Shown one piece after another: positions 40,214-51,623 of a stretch of DNA of 64,000 bases. The notes below the pieces were generated by a model. It was not told the DNA's origin, made no database searches, and saw nothing but the letters and a program-made list of their open reading frames with translations. A program made the position numbers and the translations under genes. The stretch is taken from NCBI GenBank assembly GCA_000002445.1, contig CM000208.1, positions 160,001 to 224,000 of the forward strand, in the 5' to 3' direction. The DNA comes from Trypanosoma brucei (lineage: Eukaryota). The number at the start of each line of letters is the position of its first letter. The first letter of the stretch is position 1.

Positions 40214-40792
40214 ATGGTATCGAATTACTAATATACATTGCGGTGCACACCTGGTCTACGAGGCTTTATTTCAGTTAGCTAACTTTGCAGAGACAGTGAT
40301 ACACTTGTGTGCATGTGCAGAGCTAGTATGAAGTCCTGATGGTCAGTCGAAATGAGATCTGCGCGGGCATATGTGCTCATGCACCGAGCAGATGAGGGAA
40401 TGGTGCAAGGGGGAAATGCGTTCTGCAACCCAATGTGTATCTGTTTGCATGCGCTTACGGGTCAGTGTTGGCACCGTTAGTACTGGGTGTTGTAACAACT
40501 GTTATCATCCTTCAACCGCCTGGTGTTATGTACATCCCTCTCTTTTTCGTTTCGCTTCAGTCGTTGTTTTGCGCCGCGCTTCAAAATTATGCCTGTACCC
40601 ACCCTCATCCCCTCTGCCGTTACGGAGGAGTGAGGAGCAGGAGGGGATCCTGTTGCTGTTCTATTCGTTTGTTCCACCATTCCCTAATTAATTTTTTTTA
40701 TTTTTACCTTTTCTTTCTTTCCTTCCGTGTATTTACTCTCTGTCTTTTTTTCTTTTTTTTTGCATGACAAGAAAAATTTAGAGCCCTAACTA

Positions 40793-41314
40793 ATGTATTT
40801 TTGCCACGGCTGCCAAAACTTCCACACTGGTATTGGAGCTTCCGAGCAACTGACTCAGTGCCAAGCGTGTCAGTCCCCTTTAATTGAGAGAGTATACAGC
40901 CATGGACAAATGAATGAACTCTGTGCTTTATACGGACTGAGACACATAACGATTCATGAGGACAGTGAAGTGGATGAAATTTTGCATCTCCTTCAGTTTT
41001 TGCAGTCAGCTGAAGAAAGGGCCGCACGTCACTCGAGTGCCACAAATAACGCCATTGTTGAAGAGCTCATGCGCACATTTGTTAGTGCTGCCGAGGAATC
41101 GCGATCCGAACCACCAGAAGCAATGGGCCCTTTTTCATGCCGCATTTGCCTCGATTCGGACGATTTGGATGATATTCAAGTGGCACAACTGCCGTGTCAG
41201 CACCGTTATCACGCAAACTGCATTCGGTCATGGCTGCAGAAAAGTTTAGTTTGTCCCTTATGTCGTGCCTCAGTCCTCCCTGCATCCACAGCAGACACGA
41301 ACACCACAGCATAG
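40793..41314 (+). CDS. RING-H2 zinc finger protein (probable E3 ubiquitin ligase) with an N-terminal Cx2C...Cx2C zinc-ribbon-like segment.
   Basis: CRICLDSDDLDDIQVAQLPCQHRYHANCIRSWLQKSLVCPLCR fits C-x2-C-x15-C-x-H-x2-H-x2-C-x10-C-x2-C. The N-terminus has CHGC...CQAC. Confidence 0.8.
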   Translation: MYFCHGCQNFHTGIGASEQLTQCQACQSPLIERVYSHGQMNELCALYGLRHITIHEDSEVDEILHLLQFLQSAEERAARHSSATNNAIVEELMRTFVSAAEESRSEPPEAMGPFSCRICLDSDDLDDIQVAQLPCQHRYHANCIRSWLQKSLVCPLCRASVLPASTADTNTTA

Positions 41315-41415
41315 CAGAAGAAACAAACAGATATTACAAGCATTCAGTGCGTGCGTATATGCATATACATATATTTACTTGATATTTACTTATTCATATC
41401 AATGCTGGTATGTGT

Positions 41416-41416
41416 T

Positions 41417-41454
<38 letters not shown>

Positions 41455-41462
41455 CATTACTG
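41416..41462. repeat. Compound (TA)n(TG)n microsatellite.
   Basis: tatatatatatatatatatatgtgtgtgtgtgtgtgtg, in the 3' flank of the RING gene. Confidence 0.85.
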
Positions 41463-42540
41463 TCTTTTTGTTTTTGTCTTTCCACAGTCCGCATCTAGAA
41501 TTACAGACATGCCTGTGCCCACAAGTGCTATTATTTGCGTCCGCGAAACAAAGGGGAGGGGAACTCTTTTTTTTTTTTTTCCCGCCGTTCGGTGACGTTT
41601 TCAATGGTAAATTTTCGTGGGAACATATATTTGCGTATTGATGCACGTGTTTGTTTGTGCAAACAAAATATATTTATTTTTACATATTTCTATTCGTATG
41701 TCTGTTTGAGTGAAGGGGTTCTTGGCTACATTAATTTAACCTTCTGCTATTTATTATTAATTTTATTATTGTAATTTCAATGTTGAACCTGAAACGATAA
41801 TAAATTAATATGCAGGGGTGGAAGACAAAGTAATGGTAAGGAAAAAAAAAAACAAAAACGGAGGAAAGACATGAAAGAAGGAAACTCCCGGGAACGGTTA
41901 TATTAGGGTTTTTTTTTCCAACACAGTGGAGTGACTCCCTCTTCCTGAATATGTTGCGACTGTTGTAAATAATTTTTTTCTTTCTTTTTTTGTTGTTTTT
42001 TCTACTGTTTTGTTACGTGTTTTACCACTTCGACTTGTTTTGTGTCTGTTTGTCCACGTTATGTTGAGGTTTTTCCATGCCTCGTCTCCCACATGTTTTG
42101 TGCTCTACATCAATCTTAAAAAAAAAAAAAAGAAAGTTTATTTATCTTTGTTCACTACTATTTGAGGGTTGTTGCTTTCTTTCTTTTCTTTTTTTTCTCC
42201 CCCTTTCGCGCGCCCTTTTTTCCCCTCGTGAGCACATCTTTTGACTCTCTTGCGGGCACACTTGAAGGAATAACTGCATGAAAACGCTGACATTAATGTT
42301 AAAATAATTTCAATATTAATGTTGATCACAATGCTAACATTGTGGTGTTATTGTCAAGGGTATTTTTGTATCAAATTTCCCATTAGTTTATTGACAATGT
42401 CCAGAAATTTCTTTTATTTGTCATTTTCCCGCTTTCCTTCCTTCTTTCTTTTCTTTTTTTTTTTACACCCCCTCCCCCTGATGTTTGCTTGTGAGGTTTA
42501 TCCGTTAGCTGTGCTATAAACGATCGGAAGAGGTGGAGGT

Positions 42541-42650
42541 TACGATTATTGTTATTGCTACTATTATTATTATTATTTCCGTTATTATTATTATTTCCAT
42601 CATTATTATTATTATTGTTATTGTCACTGCTGATGTTACTGTTATTGTTT
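42541..42650. repeat. Long imperfect (ATT/GTT)n trinucleotide microsatellite, about 110 bp.
   Basis: attattgttattgctactattattattattatttccgttattattattatttccatcattattattattattgttattgtcactgctgatgttactgttattg. Confidence 0.85.
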
Positions 42651-42994
42651 TTTTTTCTTTTTTGGTTCTTGATACAACCGCGGACACTCCTCTGCAGTTG
42701 TTTGCCAAAAAAAAAAAAAACAACAACAACGAAGAAAAGCATTCTGAAATCCAACTCAATCTTGCTTACACCGTGTTTCCTCTTCCTTTCTTAAAAAATA
42801 TTTTGAGGTGTTTCGGTGTTTGTGCATCGTATCATTAAAAGGAAAACAACCATATTTCTAAGATAAGGAGAAAAACATTAATTTAGTGTATTTAGTTTAC
42901 TTTCCCATTATCTTTATTACATTTTGCTTTTAGGCGGGGGTGGGAAAAGAAATTGTGCAGTCCATTTCTTTCTTTTTCTGTTTACCGTTCAGTT

Positions 42995-43027
<33 letters not shown>

Positions 43028-43045
43028 CCCCTCCCCTCCCCCATC

Positions 43046-43765
43046 ATGCAGGGAGGAACAAAAATATATGGCGGGGTCGTGGTCCGACTGACGGATCGGT
43101 TACTGCTCTGTAAAGCTCCGGGTTTTACCACCAGCGACTTTTCCATTCCGGAACTCATGTGGGCGGAACTTGTCAGTAAATGTGCCGCACCTAATATGCG
43201 TACTAGTTCTACTATGATGGCTAATAATGCCACTTCTAGTGGTTCTGCAGCTCCACAACTTTCTTACCATATTTGTACTGATAATGAACTTGCCTTCGCT
43301 ATTTTATCAGATATGGGGCTTACACGCCATAAGGCGCATGCCACATTGGATGAGGCATCCAAAACATTTCGGAAGATGTTCGTTGAGAGCGTGGCGTCGT
43401 TTACTCCCAAAGCAGTGGAGGTGTTTGTAAAACCCTACCGTGATTTATTGCTCCGCTCCAGTGATGGGGGTTCATCAGATGATAAGGTAAATAAAGTTAA
43501 AAAAGCTGTGGATGAGGTTAAGGAAATTGCTCTCGATAATGTAGAACGTGTCATGCAACGTGGACAACGGATTGATGATATTGTTCGCTCTACAGAGGAT
43601 TTGCAGCTTCAGGCGCAAGGTTTCCAGCGAAGTAGTCGTGATCTCCGCCAACAAATGTGGTGGAGTTCAGTCAAGGGGAAGTTATTGATTGCAGGTGTGG
43701 CTCTTTTTTTTATTTTAATTGTGGTATTCGTTTTTGTAGGTGGTAAAAAAGAGGAAAAGAAGTAA
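43046..43765 (+). CDS. Longin-type R-SNARE (VAMP7/synaptobrevin-like) with a C-terminal transmembrane anchor.
   Basis: The SNARE motif VKEIALDNVERVMQRGQRIDDIVRSTEDLQLQAQGFQRSSRDLRQQMWW has the zero-layer Arg in RGQRID. The N-terminal ~120 aa are longin-like. The C-terminus KLLIAGVALFFILIVVFVFV is hydrophobic. The track start 42953 (TTG) would translate a (TA)n microsatellite, so the first ATG at +93 is preferred. Confidence 0.8.
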   Translation: MQGGTKIYGGVVVRLTDRLLLCKAPGFTTSDFSIPELMWAELVSKCAAPNMRTSSTMMANNATSSGSAAPQLSYHICTDNELAFAILSDMGLTRHKAHATLDEASKTFRKMFVESVASFTPKAVEVFVKPYRDLLLRSSDGGSSDDKVNKVKKAVDEVKEIALDNVERVMQRGQRIDDIVRSTEDLQLQAQGFQRSSRDLRQQMWWSSVKGKLLIAGVALFFILIVVFVFVGGKKEEKK

Positions 43766-45306
43766 TTTTCTTTTTGTTTACCCCTCCTCTTTTTTTTTTA
43801 TTTTTAAACCTTCATTCCTACAAGTACCAACATACACCCCAACGGGAATGTGCGCTTCATACAAACATGAAAAAAAAAAAGGAGAACAAACAAACAAACA
43901 AAAGAGATATTTTCTCTACTGAAAAGCAAAAAAAAAAAAGAAATAAGAAATAAGAAGTGATGATAGCGGCTGTGGAAGGTTGGTAAAAATGAACTGCAGG
44001 TGGTTTGGCCTTTTTTTTTTTCTCCTCCTTTTGGTGTTGTTTTTCTTTCTTTGATTATTTGCTTGAAATAATATTGTGAATATGTGCCTACGAAGCACTG
44101 AGGGTGGGGAGCAAAAAAAAAAAAGAGAGAGAGAGAGAGGGAGAGAGAAAGGCGGGAAGAGAAGAAAGTGACAGTAAAGGATGAGGAAACAAAAAAAAAT
44201 GAGGTTAAAAAGAAAAATAAAAAATAAAATAGAATAATAACATGGTGGATGGGTTTTATAACCAATTGGAAAGGGTCTCATACAAAAATGAAAAAAAAAG
44301 GAGGTAGAAGAAGAAAGAAGAAGAAAGAGGAGGAGGAGGAGGGAAAAACAAAACAAAGAAAAAGTGTTGAAGTAGTGGTATATAAACTGCTGTGGAATTA
44401 TACCCGTATGTGACAAAAACTGTTCATGCTTTCCCTTCATTTTCCCTCAGTTTCCGTTTGTTTGTTTTTGTTTGTTTGTTTTTGTTATTCACTGCGGCCG
44501 TTTAGTTATGTCTGGGAGTTTCCATGCTTAGGTTTGCATCAACGTATGACTAAAAGAAAGAAAAAAAAAGAAAATGAGTTGCAGAGGGAGAGAGAAAGAG
44601 AAGAGTGTGTGTGTGTGAGAGAGAAAGAGAAAAAAAAAAAGAAGGACTTCACGTGCACACACACACAAAAAAAAAAGAATTGAAAAATTATTCACCGAGG
44701 CACTTTATTTATTATCTCAGATCTCGACTGTCGTTCGGTCGTTGGACATTTCCTTTTCCCTCTCAATTTTTATTACGTTACTAAATTAATTTTTTTTTTC
44801 CCCCATCCCCTCCCCTCTTTTTCGTTGAACGATGTTGTTAGTGCTCTTTTGTCGTCGTTGTTGCTAATCTTCCTTCCGCAACCCGAATACCTCCCGTGTG
44901 CCTCAGGCATTTGCTTTTGTCTGCCACATATCTATTTTCCCATAGGGAGGAAGAGGGGGAAAAAAAAAAGAAAAAAAAAAGATGGGCTGCTTCTGAACCT
45001 GCGTGAAATGTTCTGATTGTCTCCACCTAAGTGATCGCTGCGAGTCTTTCTTTATTTATGGTCTTCCTCACTCTCCCGCGCTTGTTTAGGTATCTGCTTG
45101 ACCTATTGCTGTCTTGACTCTCACCTCATCCTCTCCTTCTTTACTTATATATTTTTTTTGTTTCGTTTTGCTCCGTTAACATTTACTGTTATTATTATTA
45201 TTACTATTGTCATCTTCATCATCATCAATCTTGTTTTATCTTTTACACCATTAGAAGGAAACCGTGTACCCTCCGTGCAACCCCCCGTTGCAACCGCCAG
45301 TATTTA

Positions 45307-46527
45307 ATGCATCCGGAAATTGAAGCACTCAAGCGACGTAATCGCGCCGCGGGAAAACGGCTGGTGCCTATTGAACCTGATCATACCAACAGGCAATCGC
45401 GTTCCACTTCCTGCAGTGTGAGGCGTAATGGTTCCATTTCTTCACTTACCGCTCGAACCCCTCAAAGTCTCGAACAATCTGCTGAGCGAGTTCATGAGGA
45501 ACGCAGACAAGTTAGCAGTTTAACATCGCGGTTTACAGCAACAGCACCCATTTCCGTCAACAAATCGTATAACAATAGGAATGATGGAATGTACACGGTG
45601 GCTAATGGCCGTATGGGGCAGAAACCTCAGTTATCCATTCCAAGAGTACCAGCAAGGCCACCTGTGGGTGTTCGTGGTAAAACTCGCAATAATTTAGGAA
45701 GTTTTGTTAGAACCCCGACCAATGGAGAAGATCCCGTTGCGTGTGTGAGTGGCCCCGCTGTGGCAAATGTGTCGAAGGTTGGAAATAAAATATCTCCGGA
45801 AATGTGTCACATGCCATCTAGTGGGGGCCTCTCCAGTACTTCTGTGCACCCAGCGGAAAAAGACGTAATTGAAGAAGAGTACCGACAACACGTGGAAGAA
45901 AGCTTAAATGACGGAGATGAGGTATCTTCTCTTGGGGGCCATCTCGCCAAGCATGAGTTTAAGTCTGTACCAGATCATATTCGTAGGATGCTGGAAGGAG
46001 ATAGAATAGAAGAACCGTATACAACAAAGCTTTGGGAACAGATAAATACGGACGAGGGGCGACGAACTAATGGCTATTACGAATGCATCCGCTGCGGTAT
46101 GCCTTTGGTGTCACCTAAGCACCAAATACGTTTTTTCACGCGCGGTATTGCAGCGTTTTCGCTTATGCATTGGGACGGCGTGGAGGTGCGTGTTGGAGGC
46201 GTTGCTTCTTCAAACAACAAATCGAAGAGTCGCGGCACCTCAGAGGCACTTCAGTTGCAGGTGCGTTGTAAATGTTGCTCAGGTTTTGTTGGCATTCTTG
46301 TGCCCGATCCAGAAGGGGAACCCCGCAATATATTTGTTGTGAACAGTTGCTGTTTGAGTTACGTGAAGGATAAAACAACACGGTGTAAACTCAGTAAACC
46401 GTGTGGTGCTCACGGAGATGACGGTGATGGAAGCGGAATGAAGCGATTAAATAGCCGAAACAGCAGGGCCTCTGAAGGTGACGTAGAGATAGATTTCAAT
46501 GACCCAGATATATTCGAGATTGATTAA
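45307..46527 (+). CDS. Hypothetical protein, 406 aa, with a C-terminal Yippee/Mis18/MsrB-type (beta-tent) zinc-binding domain; the N-terminal ~250 aa look disordered.
   Basis: YYECIRCGMPLVSPKHQIRFFTRGIAAFSLMHWDGVEVRVGG ... VRCKCCSGFVGILVPDPEGEPRNIFVVNSCC gives two CxxC pairs about 60 aa apart, with spacing and flanks like Yippee (YSCxxCRxHLA...GRAYLFNSVVNV...IYCENCKTTLGWKY). Confidence 0.5.
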   Translation: MHPEIEALKRRNRAAGKRLVPIEPDHTNRQSRSTSCSVRRNGSISSLTARTPQSLEQSAERVHEERRQVSSLTSRFTATAPISVNKSYNNRNDGMYTVANGRMGQKPQLSIPRVPARPPVGVRGKTRNNLGSFVRTPTNGEDPVACVSGPAVANVSKVGNKISPEMCHMPSSGGLSSTSVHPAEKDVIEEEYRQHVEESLNDGDEVSSLGGHLAKHEFKSVPDHIRRMLEGDRIEEPYTTKLWEQINTDEGRRTNGYYECIRCGMPLVSPKHQIRFFTRGIAAFSLMHWDGVEVRVGGVASSNNKSKSRGTSEALQLQVRCKCCSGFVGILVPDPEGEPRNIFVVNSCCLSYVKDKTTRCKLSKPCGAHGDDGDGSGMKRLNSRNSRASEGDVEIDFNDPDIFEID

Positions 46528-47160
46528 TTGTGAAAGAATGAAGGCGCGAGCGTCCAACTGTTTGATGCGCGTGTTCACTATGGTAGCGAACGGTACAGAT
46601 TAAAAATGAGCAGGAAAGAGGAGGGAGGGGAGGAAAAAAAAACAAAAAGGGAACGTGAGGAACCGGGGGGGGGCAGAAGGCGAAGGTTGTGGCACTTCAC
46701 TCCCGTTCCACTTCCTTCTCTACGGGCGCGTTATTTTAAATGTCTCTTCCCATCGCTTCTTTTCCCTTCCTTCATTTTTCCTTTTAAGGATTTCTCTCAG
46801 CTATGACCTTCATTGGACAGAGGAGGGAAAGAAAATAAAGAAAATGGAGTGGCAAGTATTATGCTGCGCTTTCTCTCACTATTATCACTGCCCTTTTATT
46901 TATATATTTTATTTATATAAATACTTTTACGAGTTTTTACTTCATAGATGAAAATGCACTTCACCCGTTAACACGTAAAAACCAAGTATTGGAGGAATAG
47001 AAGGAAGAAATGAAGTTACTTCCGTATGGGTTTGTTAGGTTTTCTCTGTTACTTGTCCTCCTCTTGTTTTTCTCCCCTATCTTTTGCATTTGCAGGAGAG
47101 AGAAAGAGAAATAAAAGGCAGGAAACCAATGAAGGAGAAAAACAAGGGCATGCATACCTC

Positions 47161-47162
47161 GG

Positions 47163-47193
<31 letters not shown>

Positions 47194-47215
47194 GTGTGTG
47201 TGTGTGTCTGTGATT
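47161..47215. repeat. (GTT)10 followed by a (GT)n compound microsatellite.
   Basis: ggttgttgttgttgttgttgttgttgttgtgtgtgtgtgtgtgtctgtg. Confidence 0.85.
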
Positions 47216-47990
47216 TTAAATCGTGACTTAATGAATTTTTGTTTAGGGTATATAAATAAAATAAATAAATATATATATATATATGTCTGTGTGTGTCTTC
47301 CGTATTTTCATTATTATTGCTTCATGCCTTTTCTTTTTTTGTTTGCTTTTTCCCCTACCGGAAAAACGCGGATACGATGACGTTGCGAAATGATCGCCGA
47401 GAGGGAGTAAATGGAAGGGAACGTAATGAGGAGAATGAGGGCCCGAAGAGAAAAAATGAAAGAAAAAGAAAAAAAAACGTGAGGTTAAGCCCTCAGTGAG
47501 GTGATTTGTTTAAGGAGAGGAAAGGTCTGTCATGCTGTTTTTCTCTCTTTTTTTTTTTTTTCTCCTGCCTCCTTTCAGTTTTTTGCTTTCTTTTTTTCTT
47601 TTTCATTGTCCGTGTACGGTAAGCGGCAGGGAACACAACTCATCTGCGTTTGCTCGTTTCGTTGCGAGGCATGCGGTCACTCACTCCTCTTTTCTTTCGT
47701 TATGTGTATCTCTCCTCTCTCGGGGTGGGTGCGCACCCTCTCACTTTGTCTTCTCTTTTACTGCAGAAATTACACCCTTCCGTCATTCAGTTATTTTATC
47801 TGATATGTTCTTTCATATTACAGTGCAATTGAGTTTTATAAGTTTACCTCAGGGGGGATCGTTGGAAGGACCTCCCCCTTGTTTTTTTTTATTCTTTTTG
47901 CCTGTCTTAACTCTCCTGTCGAAAATACTTTATATACTTCTGTCTGCACCAGTTGTGTCAGTGTTCTGTTCTTTAGTCTGAAGGTCATGA

Positions 47991-49802
47991 ATGGGGGCGG
48001 AAAAAAAAATAAATCGTCCCACCAACTCTGGTGAGGTTGCAGAGAATGTTGGCGCATTTACAGAGGTGATGGTACCGGTATGGAGTCGACTTTGTGACAA
48101 AGTTATCGCAGCCTACAAGGCAGGTGAAGATATTGTAGTATTACAGCATTTTGAGGAACTGCGGGCAACACCCGAGCTTGATGTTATTGCGCATGATTCG
48201 CTCATATCTGCTGCTCCCGACCTCACAGTTGGGGCGGTTGAGAAGAAAGAAGATGATAGAGCTGCTAAGAAAGAAAGGTTGGAATATTGTTGGGGGCGCG
48301 CACTTCTCTCTGCTAGGCACTTGGCAGGAGACGATGATGAACACATTAACAGCATCGTGGAAAGTTTTGAGCAACAGTTTGGATGCGTCTCCGGGTACCT
48401 TCGCGCTCTAGCTATAAACGCTGAGAGCGCACTGGAGGTGCTTCAGTTATACCAAATGATGGAGGGTCCGGTAACCACGAGGGTTGCCACTGCTGCTCTG
48501 CACCGGTTTTTAACAAATGACGCCAGTGAAGTTTCTGGACTGTTGCAGTTCCTGAAGTTGAATAATGTTCCACTGACACGTGAGTTTCATGATCAACTGG
48601 AAAAAAATTTTGTCATGCGTATGAAAACGGAGGATGCTGAGGAAGTCTTTAAGGACATGCGTAACGCTGGCGTGGAGCCAGTTAGTACACATCCGTATAA
48701 CTTTATTTTCATGAAAACACCCCCGTTTAAGTACATGGATCTTCTTGATTACTACGAGGACATGCTGGATCGCGGTATCGTGCCTATGAACTCCACCTTC
48801 CGCATTCTCAGCAGACAGACACAAAACGGGGGTTTGGTGAACCAACATTTTAGTGCTCTTGCGAGGGGGACGACTACGGGATCCGATCGTCGGCATGAAA
48901 CTGAAGGGCACGGCGGGACGCAGGCTTTTTTTGCCACACGCCTTGAGGAACTCGCTCGTTTGAAATCCAGTACAACTTTAGATGATGCTCTGCGCGTGCT
49001 CCGGCGTATGGACGTTGAGGGTACGCCATTAATTAGTGGCTCCGTTGTACTCAACGTCTTATTGTCCGTATTCTGCCGTGCAGGGCACATCGAAGACACG
49101 GAGCGTGTGCTTCAATTAGCAAAGGAGCGCGGATGTACTCCCAATGGTGCAACGTTGTCTAGGGTTTTAAAGAAGAGTAATGCAGACCGCTTTCTTCAAG
49201 CTGAGCTTATCCTACCAGACGCACTAGAAGCAGGTGACGTACGGTTAAGCGACATCACTGATGTTATGTGTCACTTCTTCAATAATGGCATGCGTAGTCA
49301 AGTAGTGCGTATACTCCGTGCATATGTTGTCCGTTGTTATCGCAACCCCACCGAGTCGATTCCCCACACCGTTGCCTTATGGGCGTTGCGACTGGGTCCG
49401 TTTGATTGGGCACTGGGTTTTTTAGCAATATTGCTTGCATCCAATGATGAGCCACTTAGCGATCGAATTCAACGGCGCATGCACGAAGTTGTGAAGGAGA
49501 ATCGAAGTCGTGAGATTCTTAAGGTTCTGGAGGGACACAAATGGGACCGCCGCAGTATTTTGCTCGCACCGCAGCTTCAAGAGCCAACAAACAGCAGCGA
49601 TGGCGCTGGTGAAGTTAATGGGCGCAGCAGTGAAGGAGGTAACAGCGGGGGTGGACATCATCGTCGCGACATGGGCCCGTCATGGATGAGTGCCATGCAT
49701 TTGGTACTAAAGGAAATGGGTGTGGAGAAGGAAGTACTGATGGGATATAAGGCGAAACTTTCGGCTCTCATTAATGATGCGAAAAAGAAGCGTGATAATT
49801 AA
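47991..49802 (+). CDS. Pentatricopeptide repeat (PPR)-containing protein, probable mitochondrial RNA-binding protein, 603 aa.
   Basis: Helical-repeat protein. VLNVLLSVFCRAGHIEDTERVLQLAKERGCTPNGATLSRVL is a textbook PPR unit, and several weaker units lie upstream (DSLISAAPDL..., YQMMEGPVTTRVATAALHRFL). Confidence 0.6.
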   Translation: MGAEKKINRPTNSGEVAENVGAFTEVMVPVWSRLCDKVIAAYKAGEDIVVLQHFEELRATPELDVIAHDSLISAAPDLTVGAVEKKEDDRAAKKERLEYCWGRALLSARHLAGDDDEHINSIVESFEQQFGCVSGYLRALAINAESALEVLQLYQMMEGPVTTRVATAALHRFLTNDASEVSGLLQFLKLNNVPLTREFHDQLEKNFVMRMKTEDAEEVFKDMRNAGVEPVSTHPYNFIFMKTPPFKYMDLLDYYEDMLDRGIVPMNSTFRILSRQTQNGGLVNQHFSALARGTTTGSDRRHETEGHGGTQAFFATRLEELARLKSSTTLDDALRVLRRMDVEGTPLISGSVVLNVLLSVFCRAGHIEDTERVLQLAKERGCTPNGATLSRVLKKSNADRFLQAELILPDALEAGDVRLSDITDVMCHFFNNGMRSQVVRILRAYVVRCYRNPTESIPHTVALWALRLGPFDWALGFLAILLASNDEPLSDRIQRRMHEVVKENRSREILKVLEGHKWDRRSILLAPQLQEPTNSSDGAGEVNGRSSEGGNSGGGHHRRDMGPSWMSAMHLVLKEMGVEKEVLMGYKAKLSALINDAKKKRDN

Positions 49803-51314
49803 ACTGTGTAAAAATGTCCCCAGAGGGAATAAAGTGAAGGTGGAAGTGTGAAGGGAAAGGAAGGGAATGGGGCCGTGGACATAGGAAAAGTATAAACAAA
49901 TTGGAGAAGGAAAGAGAAAGAGAGAGAGAGAGAGAAGGCACCAGAACAACGAAGTTGTTATGTCGGAGGCGAAATTGACGGCAGAATTGCTCGAGTTTTT
50001 TTTTTGTATGGATTGAGCAAAGAAAAGGGGGACCATGAGGGAAAGGGTGTGTGTGGGGCAAGGGTTCCTGTATTTGCGTATGTGCGACTGAACTGCGAGC
50101 CGAGACACCCGGTAGTGAATTACATTTGGTATTTTTTACATTATTATTATTATTATTGTTTTTTTTTAATAGTCTCGTTTCCTTTTCCCCGTGCCTCCCC
50201 ACCCTCTCCTTTGATCTCTATGTTGTAGTGTCTTTCATGCACTTTAACTTCACTTCTCCAGGACTTTATTAACGTCACTTAATGTGTGCAGTGAGAAATA
50301 TTGAAAGAGAAAGAGAGAGAGAGAAGGATACCCACGTGTATGTGATATCCACATTTATTTCCCATCAGCAGAGAGAGAGATGTGCTTGAAGACCCGTACT
50401 TAGATGTAGAACGCAAAAACCTCTGCGCCGAATAATTGTTTCTAAAAGAAAGAAGGAAAAACAGAGCAAATTGTGGACGGTACCGGTGTGGTTTTAATAT
50501 CGTGCCAAACCGTCACCTCCGCAAGCCGTTGTGTTGTACGGAATCATCATTTGTAAAGCCGTTGGATGGGTGAGCCAAAAAAAAAGGAAAATGATAACAG
50601 AAGTAAAGGGGACGGAAACTGGGAGGGTGAAGCGAGAAAAGAGAAGACAGTTTTGAAGGAATTGGAATGATTTTCGAAGGAAAAAGACGAGGGGGTGCGT
50701 GAGTAAACGCTTTTTTTTTTGTTTCCACCACTTGACACTTTTGTTTCGCCCCGCCTTGTTTCGTTGTCCCCCTCTCAAGTTTTTTCATTGTTATTATCAT
50801 CATCATCATCACTATAATTACTCTCCTTTTAAAAAGAAATGGATTGTCACTTTGTTCGTCCTTTTTTACCTATTCCTAAATTCCCCATCATCCATTTTCC
50901 TCGAGTCACACACCTCGGGTACTACTTAAATATATTCGATGTTATTGTTTTTTTTTGTTTCTGTGTCCCGCGGAAATAGAGTTTATTATTCTAAACAGGA
51001 GAAGAACCAACGGAGAATACAAATCAAGAAGGTGAAAAAGAAAGGATCTGGGGGGAAAGTTGGGCTGTCATGTGACAGCAAGTGTCAGCCACCACCTTTC
51101 CATTAAACCTCGTTGTTTCTGTTTCCCTTGTTTAATTCCACACCTCTGTTTGGTTTCTGTGTCTTCACCTGTTTTCACATTGATTGCACCCCTTACTTTT
51201 AGTTTTAGGTTATGTGTTTGGGCCCATTGTGAGCGAACCACCGACTATTTTATCAGGCTTTGCACATACGCAAACACAGCTACTTTATCTACTTATACGC
51301 GCCACATAATTAAA

Positions 51315-51316
<2 letters not shown>

Positions 51317-51351
<35 letters not shown>

Positions 51352-51352
51352 G
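51317..51352. repeat. (AT)17 microsatellite.
   Basis: atatatatatatatatatatatatatatatatatatc, upstream of the LRR gene. Confidence 0.85.
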
Positions 51353-51623
51353 TATTCGCACGAGCACTTGTTATTGACGCGATATCGGTGAGTTACCGAC
51401 CGACGGACAGCAGTAGTGGTAACATAAGCAAATTAAAGATAGAAAGTAGCGTAGAGCAGACCAGTGTGGTAGCGTGCGGCTTTCACCATTTCGGTTGAAA
51501 AATTTTTTTGCCGTCAGTTAAGGAGGAAGGGGAGAGTGCGAGACATCGGAATCTTTGGGGTGTGTTTTCGGACACAATAGAAAATCAGCAAATAAATCAC
51601 GAGTAGGTAATAGGCAACAAAAA

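Noticed and set aside
42953-43045. The track's TTG-initiated N-terminus of the SNARE gene (MCSPFLSFSVYRSVYYIYIYIYIFF...).
   Set aside because: It translates a (TA)n microsatellite and polypyrimidine tract. The first ATG at 43046 (MQGGTK) gives a clean longin-domain start.
13855-49802. An apparent grouping of nuclear-encoded mitochondrial genes (BCKDHA, DUF971, GGQ protein, PPR protein) as a functional cluster.
   Set aside because: Kinetoplastid polycistrons are not organised as operons. The genes are interspersed with unrelated ones (DHHC, SMC4, V-ATPase H), so co-location is probably coincidental.
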